Assembly (NCBI RefSeq): GCF_964204645.1
Contig: NC_134026.1
Span: 22,106,150-22,170,149 of the forward strand
DNA length: 64,000 nt
Direction of reading: 5' to 3'
DNA from: Tubulanus polymorphus
Lineage: Eukaryota; Animalia; Nemertea
The notes under the pieces were generated by a model, which did no database searches, was not told the DNA's origin, and saw only the letters and a program-made list of their open reading frames with translations. This document shows positions 1 to 11,853 of this stretch, in pieces (within the stretch, counting starts at the first letter, position 1; each line of letters starts with the position of its first letter). The position numbers and the translations under genes were made by a program.

Positions 1-611
1 GGTGGCAGGCGGACGTTTAGGGAATTCCTTCGGTCGGAATACAGCGAGGAGAACATGCTGTTTTGGATGGCTTGCGAAGACCTGAAAAACGAAAATAACG
101 CCGAACTGGTGGAAGAAAAAGCGAGATTAATATATGAAGATTATATATCAATATTATCTCCCAAAGAGGTAATAGAAAAGTTCCTTGAAAACACAGATTT
201 TAACAAAACATTTGGCCAAGCCATGCAAAAATTCGAAAACATCGTGAAATACTCATTTGCGAGGCTTAGTTCATCTTTATTCGATATAAAAACGAGGATT
301 AAGCAGAATTAGAAACAGATTTTGAAATGAAAATACGATTGATTGTTTTTTTTCAGGTTAGTCTAGATTCGAGAGTAAGGGAAGTAATCAACCGGAACAT
401 GGTGGACCCGACGCCGCATACGTTCGACGAGGCACAATTACAAATATACACGCTCATGCATAGAGATTCCTATCCTAGGTTTTTAAATTCCCAAATTTAC
501 AAAAGACTTGTTCAGCAGACACAAACTACTGGGAGTCAATCTTCCCAATTACTTCTTCTACAACAACAACAACAACAAAAACAACAGTGTTCACAATCTA
601 CATCATCTTGA
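1..611 (+). CDS. Regulator of G-protein signalling, RZ family (RGS17/19/20-like), last two coding exons (1-168, 357-611); 5' end outside window
   Basis: Spliced translation GGRRTFREFLRSEYSEENMLFWMACEDLK...IYEDYISILSPKE|VSLDSRVREVINRNMVDPTPHTFDEAQLQIYTLMHRDSYPRFLNS is the RGS box typical of RGS17/19/20. GT at 169, AG at 355-356, TGA at 609-611. Confidence 0.95.
561..587 (+). repeat. (CAA)n coding repeat giving a polyQ tail on the RGS protein
   Basis: CAA x6, then AAA CAA CAG, in frame in the last exon. Confidence 0.9.
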
Positions 612-2544
612 AGGATGTTATTCCGTTATGATAGTTAAAAGATTATTCCCAGAGGAGTGTCGCCGATGCACGATACACAACAGTCGAATGTGTGGTGAAT
701 TGTTTTATTCAGCTGATAGTTCCATTTTTCTAAATCGTTGGAAAAAGGAGCCCGATCGTTATATCTCATCTACGCACTAGCAGATGTTTACGCCGAAAAA
801 AACAACAAGCGCCATGTCAATTCGCGTGGAAAATGGCTTGCAGGAAATGACGCCTCGAGCGCGTCATGAAAGTCCGTTTGTTGGATACATTCTAAAAATG
901 GGACCAGCAATAAAAATGGCAACTGAAAACACGTTTGGCAATGCGTTCACTGCCAAAACTAGCACGTAGTTCTCTTCGTAGTCGAATGTGATGTCCAATA
1001 CTATAATTTTCTCATCTAAGAGCATAAACACGGGTAAAATACTCTTCGTCGCTAGAAACCTAGAGGTTTCGGTGCAGGATTATTAACACAACAATTGTTC
1101 AATGTCATACGTACACTGAACAGCTCTTTGATACAGATGGACGATAACTCATTAAGGTAATAGTAGGGGAATAATATCATATCATTCTTCCATATCACTG
1201 CCTGTCGTGATCTCTGTATCTGAAACTTCCATGATATGTGTATATACGCTAATGTTGATATTGGTCGGTCAGTGAACAGGATCACAAGGCATCGCTGTAA
1301 ATTAATCATACGTCATAACCATCATCCCGTGAGTGTTTACGGATCATATTGTTGCCTAGAATTTTACCTTATCTTGTACGTACAGCCGCGTCAACCAACG
1401 GCTGTCACCTAGGTCGTACGGTTCGTCTGTTCATTGAAAGATTTTCTCTGTATTTACTAGTACTATTTGAAGAAAAGTGTGTGTCGTTCATATATGAGAC
1501 CTAGGTTGGATTATTTTTCATTGAAAACAAGTTTCCATGTTGTCGCGTGATGCTTGTGTAGTGATGCGTTTGCAGATTACCGTGCACTATGCAAATGAGT
1601 GATTGCTTTAGCATGTGCATTTAAACCGTAACATTTTTCGTAAACCAGCTCAGCTTGTGCGCACTGATGATTTTGTGTTACTCTTCGCCGAAGCTATTCA
1701 CAAGAAAAAAAAGAAAACCGATTCTGGTATTATTTAGTCCGTTGCGGTGTATGTATAATATCTTACAGCTTCGAGAAACAACAGCTCCAGAAGATTCGTC
1801 CAAATAGACGGATTTTTTCCAAGATTCTCATGACTATCACACAATATGCTGATAATCTCATGTTATGTTTAATGATTCGTTGCAAACTATTCTAAAACTC
1901 GAGAAAGATCTGAAACCATTTTGCAGTAAGAAAAACGTGTTGTGGTGAATCTTTTTCGCGCTGATTGGATCGATAATATACGGTGACAAATCCCAATGAG
2001 AAATACTTTCTCAGCCAAAATCTTCCTAACGATTAGAACAATTTCACTTTTTACACTATAGGAAACGATAAATGTACACGATAACTTATAACACATATCA
2101 TGGTGATTTTGATCTGTATCAGTTTTGCCCCTTACTGTATCATCTCGGTCCTTCGAAACAAGAATTCATTCTGCTTATTTTTCCACGTGTATGACGTATC
2201 TCTCTCTGTCCTTATCTAGTCATGCACATATTGTGTACATATATACACATATATATATGTTCAAAAAAGCAATAAACGAACCTAAATTAGATTTCTTTTC
2301 CATAACGCTGAATGAACTGAATATATGGCTTCATGTATACATGATGTATATTGTACGTATAGAAACATTAGATTTATTCAAACGCAATCGGGAAGGCGCC
2401 GACAAAAACAGATAGCATCTGTTCGTTTTTTTTTATTATTCAACATCCAGCGTTCTTTAAATTTTGTCATTTACGTAATAACATATCGAATCGACTTCTT
2501 TTTATGCCGCACGGTGGCGTAAAAATGTATTATCTAGTCATAAT

Positions 2545-2628
2545 AAAAAATGATAGTAATATTGATGATGATAATAATGATAATAATAATAATAGTAAAT
2601 GATGATGGTAATAATAATGATATTCAAT
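2545..2628. repeat. Imperfect (AAT/GAT)n microsatellite in the probable RGS 3' UTR
   Basis: Run of gat/aat triplets read directly. Confidence 0.8.
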
Positions 2629-4819
2629 AATCGGTTCTAGTCAGCGCTGTTTGATATGAATAAAAGGTGAGGATTGTGTGAATGTTTGTTATAAATCCGT
2701 GATTTTAACCATCATTAGCATTTGTTGGGCTTCCTTCAACTGCGGCATTGCGAAGTCGTGCTATATTGCTTATACACACGATGACGTTCGGTACCATTTC
2801 ATAAATAAAAAAAGGTGAATCGAATCGCTTTCGATTATCGAACCAAGCCTTTACGAGGTTGAATATGAATGTTCGAGCACATTGTAGTCGAAAAAATGCA
2901 GGTGTCATTTTGAACTATTATCACCTTTCGATATCAATTTATGAATGTAGTACGACCGGTAATTTTTTTGTAAAATACTGGAAATTATTTTGAAGATGAA
3001 TTCACTAATATTGTTAAAATCATCGTTAAATAGAATATTTTGTGAATCTATAAATTCATGATATCGACAAGAAAAGAATATTTTCTGGGTAGACCATAAA
3101 TAGAAGTGCTGTATTGAATGTAACTTTCTACTTGCTTGTTAATGGGCTAATAATAGTAAATGCTTCAGATTCATCATATACTCTTTCCTCAGCATGAGTA
3201 CAAAACGAGACCTGTGTTTTAGATCTAAAGGACTGGGTCCACAGTCTACCTATCAGATACAAGTGAGTGATTTTGTCTTGGTAAAGCGGAACCGGAATAT
3301 GGGGAGTGGTTGTTTTATGAAAATATAGTAATTCTCGGAGAAATGTTGTTAATGTCTATATTTTAACGTTAAGGTTCTTACAGATATCTTACAGAAACGT
3401 TTAATGTTACCTATTAATTACAAGATTGGTCTTTAGAAGTATGTCCGTTACTAATATGATAAATATATACTCAGACATAAAGATTCTATCTTAGAATCAC
3501 GTTCGCTTTTCTCCCTCACGAAGCGAAAGCTTTTTAGACTCTAGTGTAGAATTATGTAGTAGTCATTAAACTGTTTTCGCTTGGATCTATTTATTTTGTT
3601 ATCTATTGAGTGAAAACCTAGTCTCGCCACTGTTATACAAAGTTATTCAGGGATTCTTATAAATACAGAAAACGAATACGTTATTCAATTAGGTTTCTTT
3701 TTTTATCGATGAAAGTTTTGTTAGGTTTTTTCAGCGCCAGTCGCTTCTCGAAGCATCCAAGATGGCGCGTATCTTGCGTAGTAGTTGGTGCTTTTTCTGT
3801 TGATTATGTAAAATGTATCTATATAGATATAGAAAGGTGATGTGTTCATGCGATATTTTATAGAGTTGCAATATAGAGTTGCTTTAAGTGTACATAAAAT
3901 ACAGGGTTGTACGAGATTAGGGGACAATCGTAGCGGTTCCTGAAGTGTGCGTACCTATGATTACGACCTACAGCAAGAGCGCGCGTGACATCCCCAATGA
4001 AATTAGACATCGGTTTTTGTTACTTGCACCAACTTAGTGATGATTACATTTTCATCATCCTTTCACGTCGACAATAAATCTGTTAGTGAATTAATCGTCA
4101 TACTCGTCTCATTTCTTCGTCGGGAAGAGGAAACCTATTTTTTACAATCGGAATATATTTGCATCTCATGCTCTTTCTCTTCTCTCTGAGGTCAATCAAG
4201 ATGAGTCCATTTTATTAAAGAAAAGATATTTCACTCGAATTAATCATAATTGTATCAACACGGTAAACGTTATATATAGTTTATCGCACTAATATCTTCA
4301 TAAAAAAATGCGCTTATAATTCCGTTTATTTCACCATAGATTTATTAGACGATGATAATGATTTAACTGCCGATACGAATGATAAAATGGTACAAATTAT
4401 TAAATGGAATGCAAACAATATTGAATTGACGTACAATTTGGCCGATTCCAATTATACGTATGTAAGTATTCGACAAACGAAAAAAAAATCGTCTACGCTC
4501 GTCTTTAATACGCAACAACGAAAGTTCACCGTCGAATATGTTTTATTTTTGTTTTGAGTATCTAGTTGAGATGCGCTCTTAAATACTATAAATCTGTATA
4601 CGAAGGACCTCGCGACTGAGGGGTTTCTGTCTGATATTAAATTCTCTTCACAAGAGAAACGTATGTAGATTTTACACTAGAATTATTTTCTATGTCTGTA
4701 TGGTTTGATGTATAAATTAAAAGTTTATCATGAATATTTATATTTATAATTTTGTTCCTGTGTCAGTTGTGTTGACTAGAAATGAACTTTACATATTACC
4801 ATAATGTAAATTAATGTGA

Positions 4820-4825
4820 AATAAA
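4820..4825 (+). terminator. Candidate distal poly(A) signal of the RGS gene (would imply a ~4.2 kb 3' UTR)
   Basis: AATAAA followed by a GU/U-rich tract (gtgtctgtattgttttttcttc, ~4850-4871). No coding exons were found between 611 and here. Confidence 0.45.
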
Positions 4826-5390
4826 TACCGACTGAAAATAATTCTGAAAGTGTCTGTATTGTTTTTTCTTCTTATATTGTGGCTTTTTGCATAAAAAGAC
4901 CGGCCCAGGTTTACTTTTACTGCAAGTATGCTAGGCTAGTTCGATCACTGGAAGTCCTGTCCTGGCCTTCGCTGTCTCGGCCGCCAGAAAACTTCAAAAT
5001 TATTGGTACGTATTCTAATCTATCACACTTATCACAATTTTCACTCTTTTTATCTTTTTCTGCAGTTCTGCGGAGATTTCATACTCGATTAATATAAGAA
5101 TTTTATTTCTATTTTTCCGGTCCTTCCAGTGAAACGCCTGTTATAAGAATTTCTTGAATATATTTTCCTTCTCCCTCCCATTCTTTTCTTTAAAAAATCC
5201 GTACCCAAAGTAATTAACAAAAAAGCCTTGACTTCCCCATTGAGCTTATGGGTAGGCTACACACTGCCCTTTCGTTCGGGTGGTGTATCCGTTTATTTTT
5301 GTATGTGGCTTTCTCAGATTTCCCAATGATCTGTAGAAGCCCAACTCTGCACGAATGCCGGTCCAGGTCTTGATTGAACGGGTTCTGTTG

Positions 5391-5470
5391 GTAAATAGTA
5401 TAAAGGTGGTATTATTCGGTAAATAGTTTGTCCGTATCTCAGGACACCTTGCGGCGGAATTCCATAAACA
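5391..5470 (+). promoter_or_regulatory. Putative ciliary-gene promoter elements: X-box-like 14-mer and forkhead-type sites upstream of IFT52
   Basis: gtatctcaggacac (5434-5447; reverse strand GTGTCC-TG-AGATAC) resembles an RFX X-box. RTAAAYA motifs lie at 5391, 5419 and 5464, immediately before the ATG at 5473. Confidence 0.35.
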
Positions 5471-5472
5471 AT

Positions 5473-8400
5473 ATGGCGCCCACTGTCGAGGTAAGGTTTT
5501 TCATTTTTTGGCCGGTTTTTCAGGTTTAAATGGATTTTCCTACTATAATCGTCGTCGTATTTACTCATGGGAACTAATAGAATATGATCTTCGGTCTAAC
5601 TGCAGTTAAGATGTACACTACTTAGAGCCTAGAGGCCTAACGGGTTGTAGGCTTTTAAAACGCTATCCAACTGTCACCCACGTCCACGTCCACCACTAGT
5701 CAGTAACCTGACTGTGGTTTAGTTTCACGATCGGATATTTTCACAAACCACAGTCAGGAATGGGAAGGTCATTTTTGTATGAAATCTTCGTCAGCCAATT
5801 TGACTGACGAGTAATTTGCCTGGCATTTCATTGTCTCTTAAGATATCTGTCTCATTTTTGTTGTAATCGACGCACAACAGATTCGTAGTTTGTCTGATAC
5901 CTATAACACCTCACCTGACGATCTTAATCCATGTGCAAATCGGCCGTAAAGTGAGAGTAAATTTCCGTCCAGTCAACAGCTGCCATTTTGAAAATTACTG
6001 GAGGTGCTGGCACCTTAGTTAGTTACCTAATCGTTGGTGGTAAGCTTTTTATAATCGGATGGGCTTATACCAACGTTAGGGATGACAAGGACCAAAACAC
6101 GGTTGAAAAAAGTAACACTTCAAAAATATACTTTCTATTCACTTCAGTCCACAATTAATGGCTTAATTCACAAACTAACACAGGTACCTTTCGAAATAAT
6201 CCAATTTTATGTATGTTTCGAGTGATTAATCAACATTATTTTGAGAAATTAATTAATTTCTCCACAAATTTCGCCATTGGCCGCCATTTCTCTGTATTGC
6301 ACATGTGGCATGATAAGACAAGGGGACCTACAAGGATTTATATAAAACTTCCAAGACGAAACGACAATTTTTATTTTTGATGGTTTTCCAACTTTTATTT
6401 CAAGTCTTCGTGTTTTCCATAATAAATAATGAAATAATAAATTTCTGGTAAAAGAAAAATGTGAATAAAAATTGATTTTTTAATTTTTTTAAATTTCGTC
6501 GTTTCGCTTTGTTAGTTTGTGCTGTTGTCCTGGCCTCAGTCCACAGGTGCCAGCACCTCCAGTAATTTTCAAAATGGCAGCTGTTGACTGGACGGAAATT
6601 TACTCTCACTTTACGGCCGATTTGCACATGGATTAAGATCGTCAGGTGAGGTGTTATAGGTATCAGACAAACTACGAATCTGTTGTGCGTCGATTACAAC
6701 AAAAATGAGACAGATATCTTAAGAGACAATGAAATGCTAGGCAAATTACTCGTCAGTCAAATTGGCTGACGAAGATTTCATACAAAAATGACCTTCCCAT
6801 TCCTGACTGTGGTTTGTGAAAATATCCGATCGTGAAACTAAACCACAGTCAGGTTACTGACTACTGGCACCTGTGGACTGAGGCCAGGACAACAGCACAA
6901 ACTAACAAAGCGAAACGACGAAATTTAAAAAAATTAAAAAATCAACACTTATTCACATTTTTCTTTTACCAGAAATTTATTATTTCATTATTTATTATGG
7001 AAAACACGAAGACTTGAAATAAAAGTTGGAAAACCATCAAAAATAAAAATTGTCGTTTCGTCTTGGAAGTTTTATATAAATCCTTGTAGGTCCCCTTGTC
7101 TTATCATGCCACATGTGCAATACAGAGAAATGGCGGCCAATGGCGAAATTTGTGGAGAAATTAATTAATTTCTCAAAATAATGTTGATTAATCACTCGAA
7201 ACATACATAAAATTGGATTATTTCGAAAGGTACCTGTGTTAGTTTGTGAATTAAGCCATTAATTGTGGACTGAAGTGAATAGAAAGTATATTTTTGAAGT
7301 GTTACTTTTTTCAACCGTGTTTTGGTCCTTGTCATCCCTAACGTTGGTATAAGCCCATCCGATTATAAAAAGCTTACCACCAACGATTAGGTAACTAACT
7401 AGTCCACCACCACACCGTCGTCACCACACACACTACACATCACTGACACTGACAGTGACAGTTGACACTACTGACGACACACTTGATCCAACAAACAAGA
7501 CACCCCCGAACCGAACCATTTATATTGCTGTGAATCGCATTTTGGGACACCCGTCTCCACCATCCCTTGTGACAATTTGATCTGTCATTTGATATAGTTA
7601 TCACAACAGTTTTTAGGTGTCCCAATGGTAATGTACATTATTGTATATCTAACGCCAACCCGGTTATAACACTATTATTCAATAACACTAGCGCCCCTCA
7701 GTCGAGAGATGACCTAAACTGCAGTTAAATATTCATTTGTTATTCTTGTGTTATATAGGGCATGGAAGAAAAAGGACCGAGAAACACGGTGCTGTTCAAC
7801 GCATCAAAACGAGAACTATTCAGTACGACAAGTGGCTTCAAAACCCTTAACAGAAAACTACGAACTAGCTGGAAAGTCTCGAGGTATTTACGCCAATTTC
7901 TGAATAATCAGTCAAGGGCATTGACATAAAGGGGGCCAATGCCCCTCGAATATATCTACTCTTCAAAAGATATTTCTGCGACCGACCTTCGCGGTTACCG
8001 TTCATAAAGTCAAAATATGATCTTATGGGCATTCGTTTCACTCGAATAGCGTCTCAGCCGTCCATGTTCAGAAGATTTAAATGCATTCTGTTTAAAGTAC
8101 TTAATCCCTTCAATAATTAATTACTGGCAGCACCTACAACAACTTGCTTACAACTAGGCCACAAAATTTGAGGTCAAAGGTATTTCAAAATTTGTGTTAA
8201 ACGCTGGACAAATTGGTGACCCTGCTCAGGAAAAAAATGTAAAAATGTTGATTTTGTATTTTTGCAGCAACAAAGATGAGATAACTGAGGAACTGTTGTC
8301 AACAGTGAGAGTTTTCATTCTCGGTGGACCAAGAGAAAAATTCACCGCAGCTGAGGTACCACAAAAATTGAAATTATTCCCTCCACGCGAAAGATATTAT

Positions 8401-11400
8401 TTGCGGTTCAAAAGTTTGTAAAATTTAATGAAATGAACATAAAGATGTGAGGGTATTGTCATTACCTATGTCTGTCTTATCATAGAACTATAAGCAGAAG
8501 GGAAGGCCAACTCCGTGACGTCACTATACATTTGCCTTTGCTATCTTCGAAATTGATCAGCGCCCTCACCCGTGGCGATAAACAATAGGTTCTCGGAAAT
8601 ATTTTCAATTATATGAATCACTGCGAGGATTGAACATTACCGTTTCTCAAGATTTGGTATTAAGAATTAAACAAATCAATAAAAAACGCTAAATTAAGAA
8701 AAGAGACCAGCAACCAGTCTACAACATCTATTGTTTATCGCCACCGGTGAGGGCGCTGAACTAAACACAAGATTACTAGCGGATTTTTTTAGCAGTTGGC
8801 CTTCCCATTTGATTATAGTTCTATGGTCTTATGGTCTATCCCCTATAATTCTTTTATTAGTTAGTATATATTCCATCAATTTCAAGGAAGGGCTTTTTCT
8901 ATCTAGTTCGATGCTATCAAGAAATACGTAGCTAGCGGTGGCAGTCTCATGGTGTTGATGGGTGAAGGTGGAGAGTCAAAATTTGATACGAACATCAACT
9001 TTCTACTGGAAGAATACGGCGTTTTTGTTAACAATGGTATTATAGATTCCTTTTTTCCATGGACCATGCTTTTTACAAATGATATCATTCCTTATTTGTC
9101 ATTTTAGTTCATGTCAAATCGATTAAGGTGAAGCTGAACCGGTATTAATGCTTACATAGATCTATAAGGCTTACTGGTGTATAACAAATTGATATGAATA
9201 ACTTACTGAAAAGTGTTTGTTATTACAGATACTGTGGTGCGGACTTCATATTATAAATATTTCCACCCGAAAGAAGCTTTAGTGTCAAATGGTGTGTTAA
9301 ACAGGTGAGGCACAGAGTGCTAATACTCCCCTTGCCTACACTAAGCATTTTATGCGAGTGTTTCCAAATAATAGAGTCGATAATAGCCTTAAACTTTACT
9401 GACTAACGTGCTATGAACATGAGCCACTTCTGCAATAGAATACTGGAATCAGTCAAATCTTCAATGTCTAACTTGAATTATCACCTAATAAAAAAACAAA
9501 GACAAAAATTGCTGAGCCTAATTTACTCAGTAGTCAAATTGATTGAATGATCAAGTTTTACAGCCTCGGACTGAATTCTTTCTGTCAATTTCAGAGCCAT
9601 CAGTAAAGCAGCTGGTAAAGTTATCCCCGGGGTTGGTGAAGAGGACGCGAACAACACACAGTAAGTATACACGTGAAAGTTTAAAATCAAGGCTTACTAT
9701 TACCGGTTAATATTATACCGGTTATTATTATTTTACCGGTTATTATATGAATAAGAATCCAATTCATCGTACTTTCAAAGAAAGATAATGATAATCATTT
9801 TGGCATCTTTACTCGAATGCTGTACAGTTTCTAGTATATTCAATTGTATATTTTCAATTCCCCTCGAAATAATTGAAGGAATATGACAGCGTAAGTAGTA
9901 GGATCAATTATGTTTTGTCTTGTCAGTCGCTTAGTTATCTACGATCCGATGACCATTTCGCTACACATAACTGTTTGTAGTATACATCAGTAATCGTCAC
10001 ATATATTAGCTTTTTAGCATTATCCATTGTTTTACCGTACATATTGTAGTGTAGCTTCTGCGCGAAAATTTCCCTTGAATTTTCGAGCCAACATATCTAA
10101 AATGAGATGCTGTAAACATTTCCTAACTGGCTTAAGACATTAAATGTGCTCAAGTTTCCCCGTGGCTAGAATGCTAAACTTATCTTACAGACTCAGACAT
10201 AACACAGAACTCAATCATCTCAGTTACCCAAGACATTGCCATTCTACCTATGGTAATTTCATTTTAATCCTTCGGTTGTGTTTTATAAATGTATATATTT
10301 TTCAGGGCATTAACCTTTATCTATCCATTCGGTGCAACCCTGAATGTCATAAAACCATCCATAGCAGTCTTGTCATCAGGCAGTGTAGCATTTCCTCTTA
10401 ATCGACCTGTATGCGCTTTGTACACGTCAAAGGTATGTTTTAAAGTTCGATGTATGTCCACAGTCGGGTTCTTTCGACATTGAAGTGTTTTCTATCGTGA
10501 TTTGTATTGTAGCAGAGCGGAGGCAAGATTACCGTAATCGGATCGGCCCACATGTTCAATGACCAATACATTGACAAGGAAGAAAACAGCAAAATCATGG
10601 TAATGTAGAAATAGTTGTGGTTCGATCATTGAAAAGAACAATGTTTCCACACTTGACAATCAATGTCAGGGGCTGGGAAATTCTATCCTTGATGGAGAGC
10701 CTACAAGAAAAATAGAGGAATTCGAATACTATCATTATTTCATTGTAAAAGGTTTAAGGATAACATGACGAATTGTGTTGTGTTTTCAGGATGTTATATT
10801 TCAATGTTTAACTACGAACGATGTCCAACTGAATGCGATCGACGCCGATGACCCGGAGGTTTCCGACTACAACATGCTCCCCGAAGTGGGCAAATTAGCC
10901 GACCAGCTTAAAACCTGTCTGCAAGAAAGTGAGGACATTCCCCGAGATTTCACCTCATTGTTCGACAATTCTTTATTCAAATTAGACACGTCGTCGGTCA
11001 CAAAATCGATAAAGTAAGTTCTACATTTCTAGATACCAGTGCAAATATATCTGACCCTTACTCTAGTGTAGCTTTGTATTGTGTTCTTTTCTAGAGCTTA
11101 CGAAACCCTGAAAACAAAACACGATACGTTGACTTTAATAACACCGCAATTTGAAACGCCACTGCCTCCACTACAACCTGCTGTAAGTAGATACCTAGGC
11201 AAAAAAAGATAAATGCCATTACTGTATCATGACAAAAACATGAATTGATTTCACATTTACCAGCCGTAGATGATATTGCGAATTTGTATTCCGAAGGATT
11301 AAACTATTATCTCTTTCGAATCATTACCATTGCAGGTATTCCCTCCTCAGTTCAGGGAATTACCCGCTCCATCGCTGGATTTGTTCGATTTGGATGAACA

Positions 11401-11853
11401 GTTCTCGTCGGAGAAAGTGCGACTCGCTCAGATAACCAATAAATGTAAGTACTGCTAGAACGAAAAATATTTCCGCGTTATGCAGTCTGATTGGGGAGTG
11501 TTTTGAATGAAGTTTTATTTCGTTTTATTATATTTTGTAGGTACGGATGATGATCTTGAATATTACGTACGAGAATGTGGAGATATTCTCGGCGTGACGA
11601 TGAAACTACCGCAGTCTGGTCGAGACGCTAAACACATCATAGATTATATATTTGCCCACGTTGTTGAATTCAAGAAATTGAATCAGGTATGTTAGTCGAG
11701 AATTAGTCGTTGAGAATTGTTCGATTGTGAAAAAAATGCCCAAATTTTGCAGCTGATGATGAATTTCCTATAAGACACATCGGGTGTCATTGATAAAAAA
11801 TTTATTTCGTTTCACAGGAACAAGACACCGATATGGGATTACAATATGGCTAA
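5473..11853 (+). CDS. IFT52: Intraflagellar transport protein 52 (~13 coding exons)
   Basis: Micro-exon ATGGCGCCCACTGTCGAG|gtaagg (5473-5490) splices in phase 0 to 7759 (GMEEKGPRNTVLFNASKRELF). Downstream motifs: GPREKFTAAE, GEGGESKFDTNINFLLEEYG, YYKYFHPKEALVSNGVLNR, YPFGATLNV, PQFETPLPPLQPAVFPPQFRELP, EFKKLNQE. TAA at 11851-11853. An alternative start at ATG 7762 is possible. Confidence 0.95.
5697..7401 (+). mobile_element. Non-autonomous 848-bp DNA transposon (outer copy), interrupted by an inverted copy of itself; AcademH-like or MULE-like
   Basis: Termini TAGTCAGTAACCTGA... and ...TTAGGTAACTAACTA (imperfect TIR). 9-bp TSD gtccaccac at 5688-5696 and 7402-7410. Length 1705 = 848 + 848 + 9. 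Confidence 0.92.
6016..6863 (-). mobile_element. Inner, intact, inverted copy of the same 848-bp transposon
   Basis: Reverse complement of the rejoined outer element. Its own 9-bp TSD ctggcacct lies at 6007-6015 and 6864-6872. Only 4 substitutions versus the outer copy were seen by eye (5822; 6946-6948). Confidence 0.93.
8481..8825. mobile_element. 345-bp MITE, P-element-superfamily-like, in an IFT52 intron
   Basis: TIR CATAGAACTATAA...GGGAAGGCCAACT at both ends. Internal 32-bp inverted repeat tcagcgccctcacc(c/g)gtggcgataaacaatag. 7-bp TSD gtcttat at 8474-8480 and 8826-8832. Confidence 0.85.

Noticed and set aside
5795-5930. CTGACGA heptamers inside the 848-bp element as possible hammerhead cores
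   Set aside because: No stem II followed by GAAA and no NUH/stem I at suitable spacing.
6400-7017. Two near-identical short ORFs (6400-6627 minus, 6832-7017 plus; WHLWTEARTT...)
   Set aside because: By-products of the inverted transposon duplication. AT-rich, with no transposase or other domain motifs.
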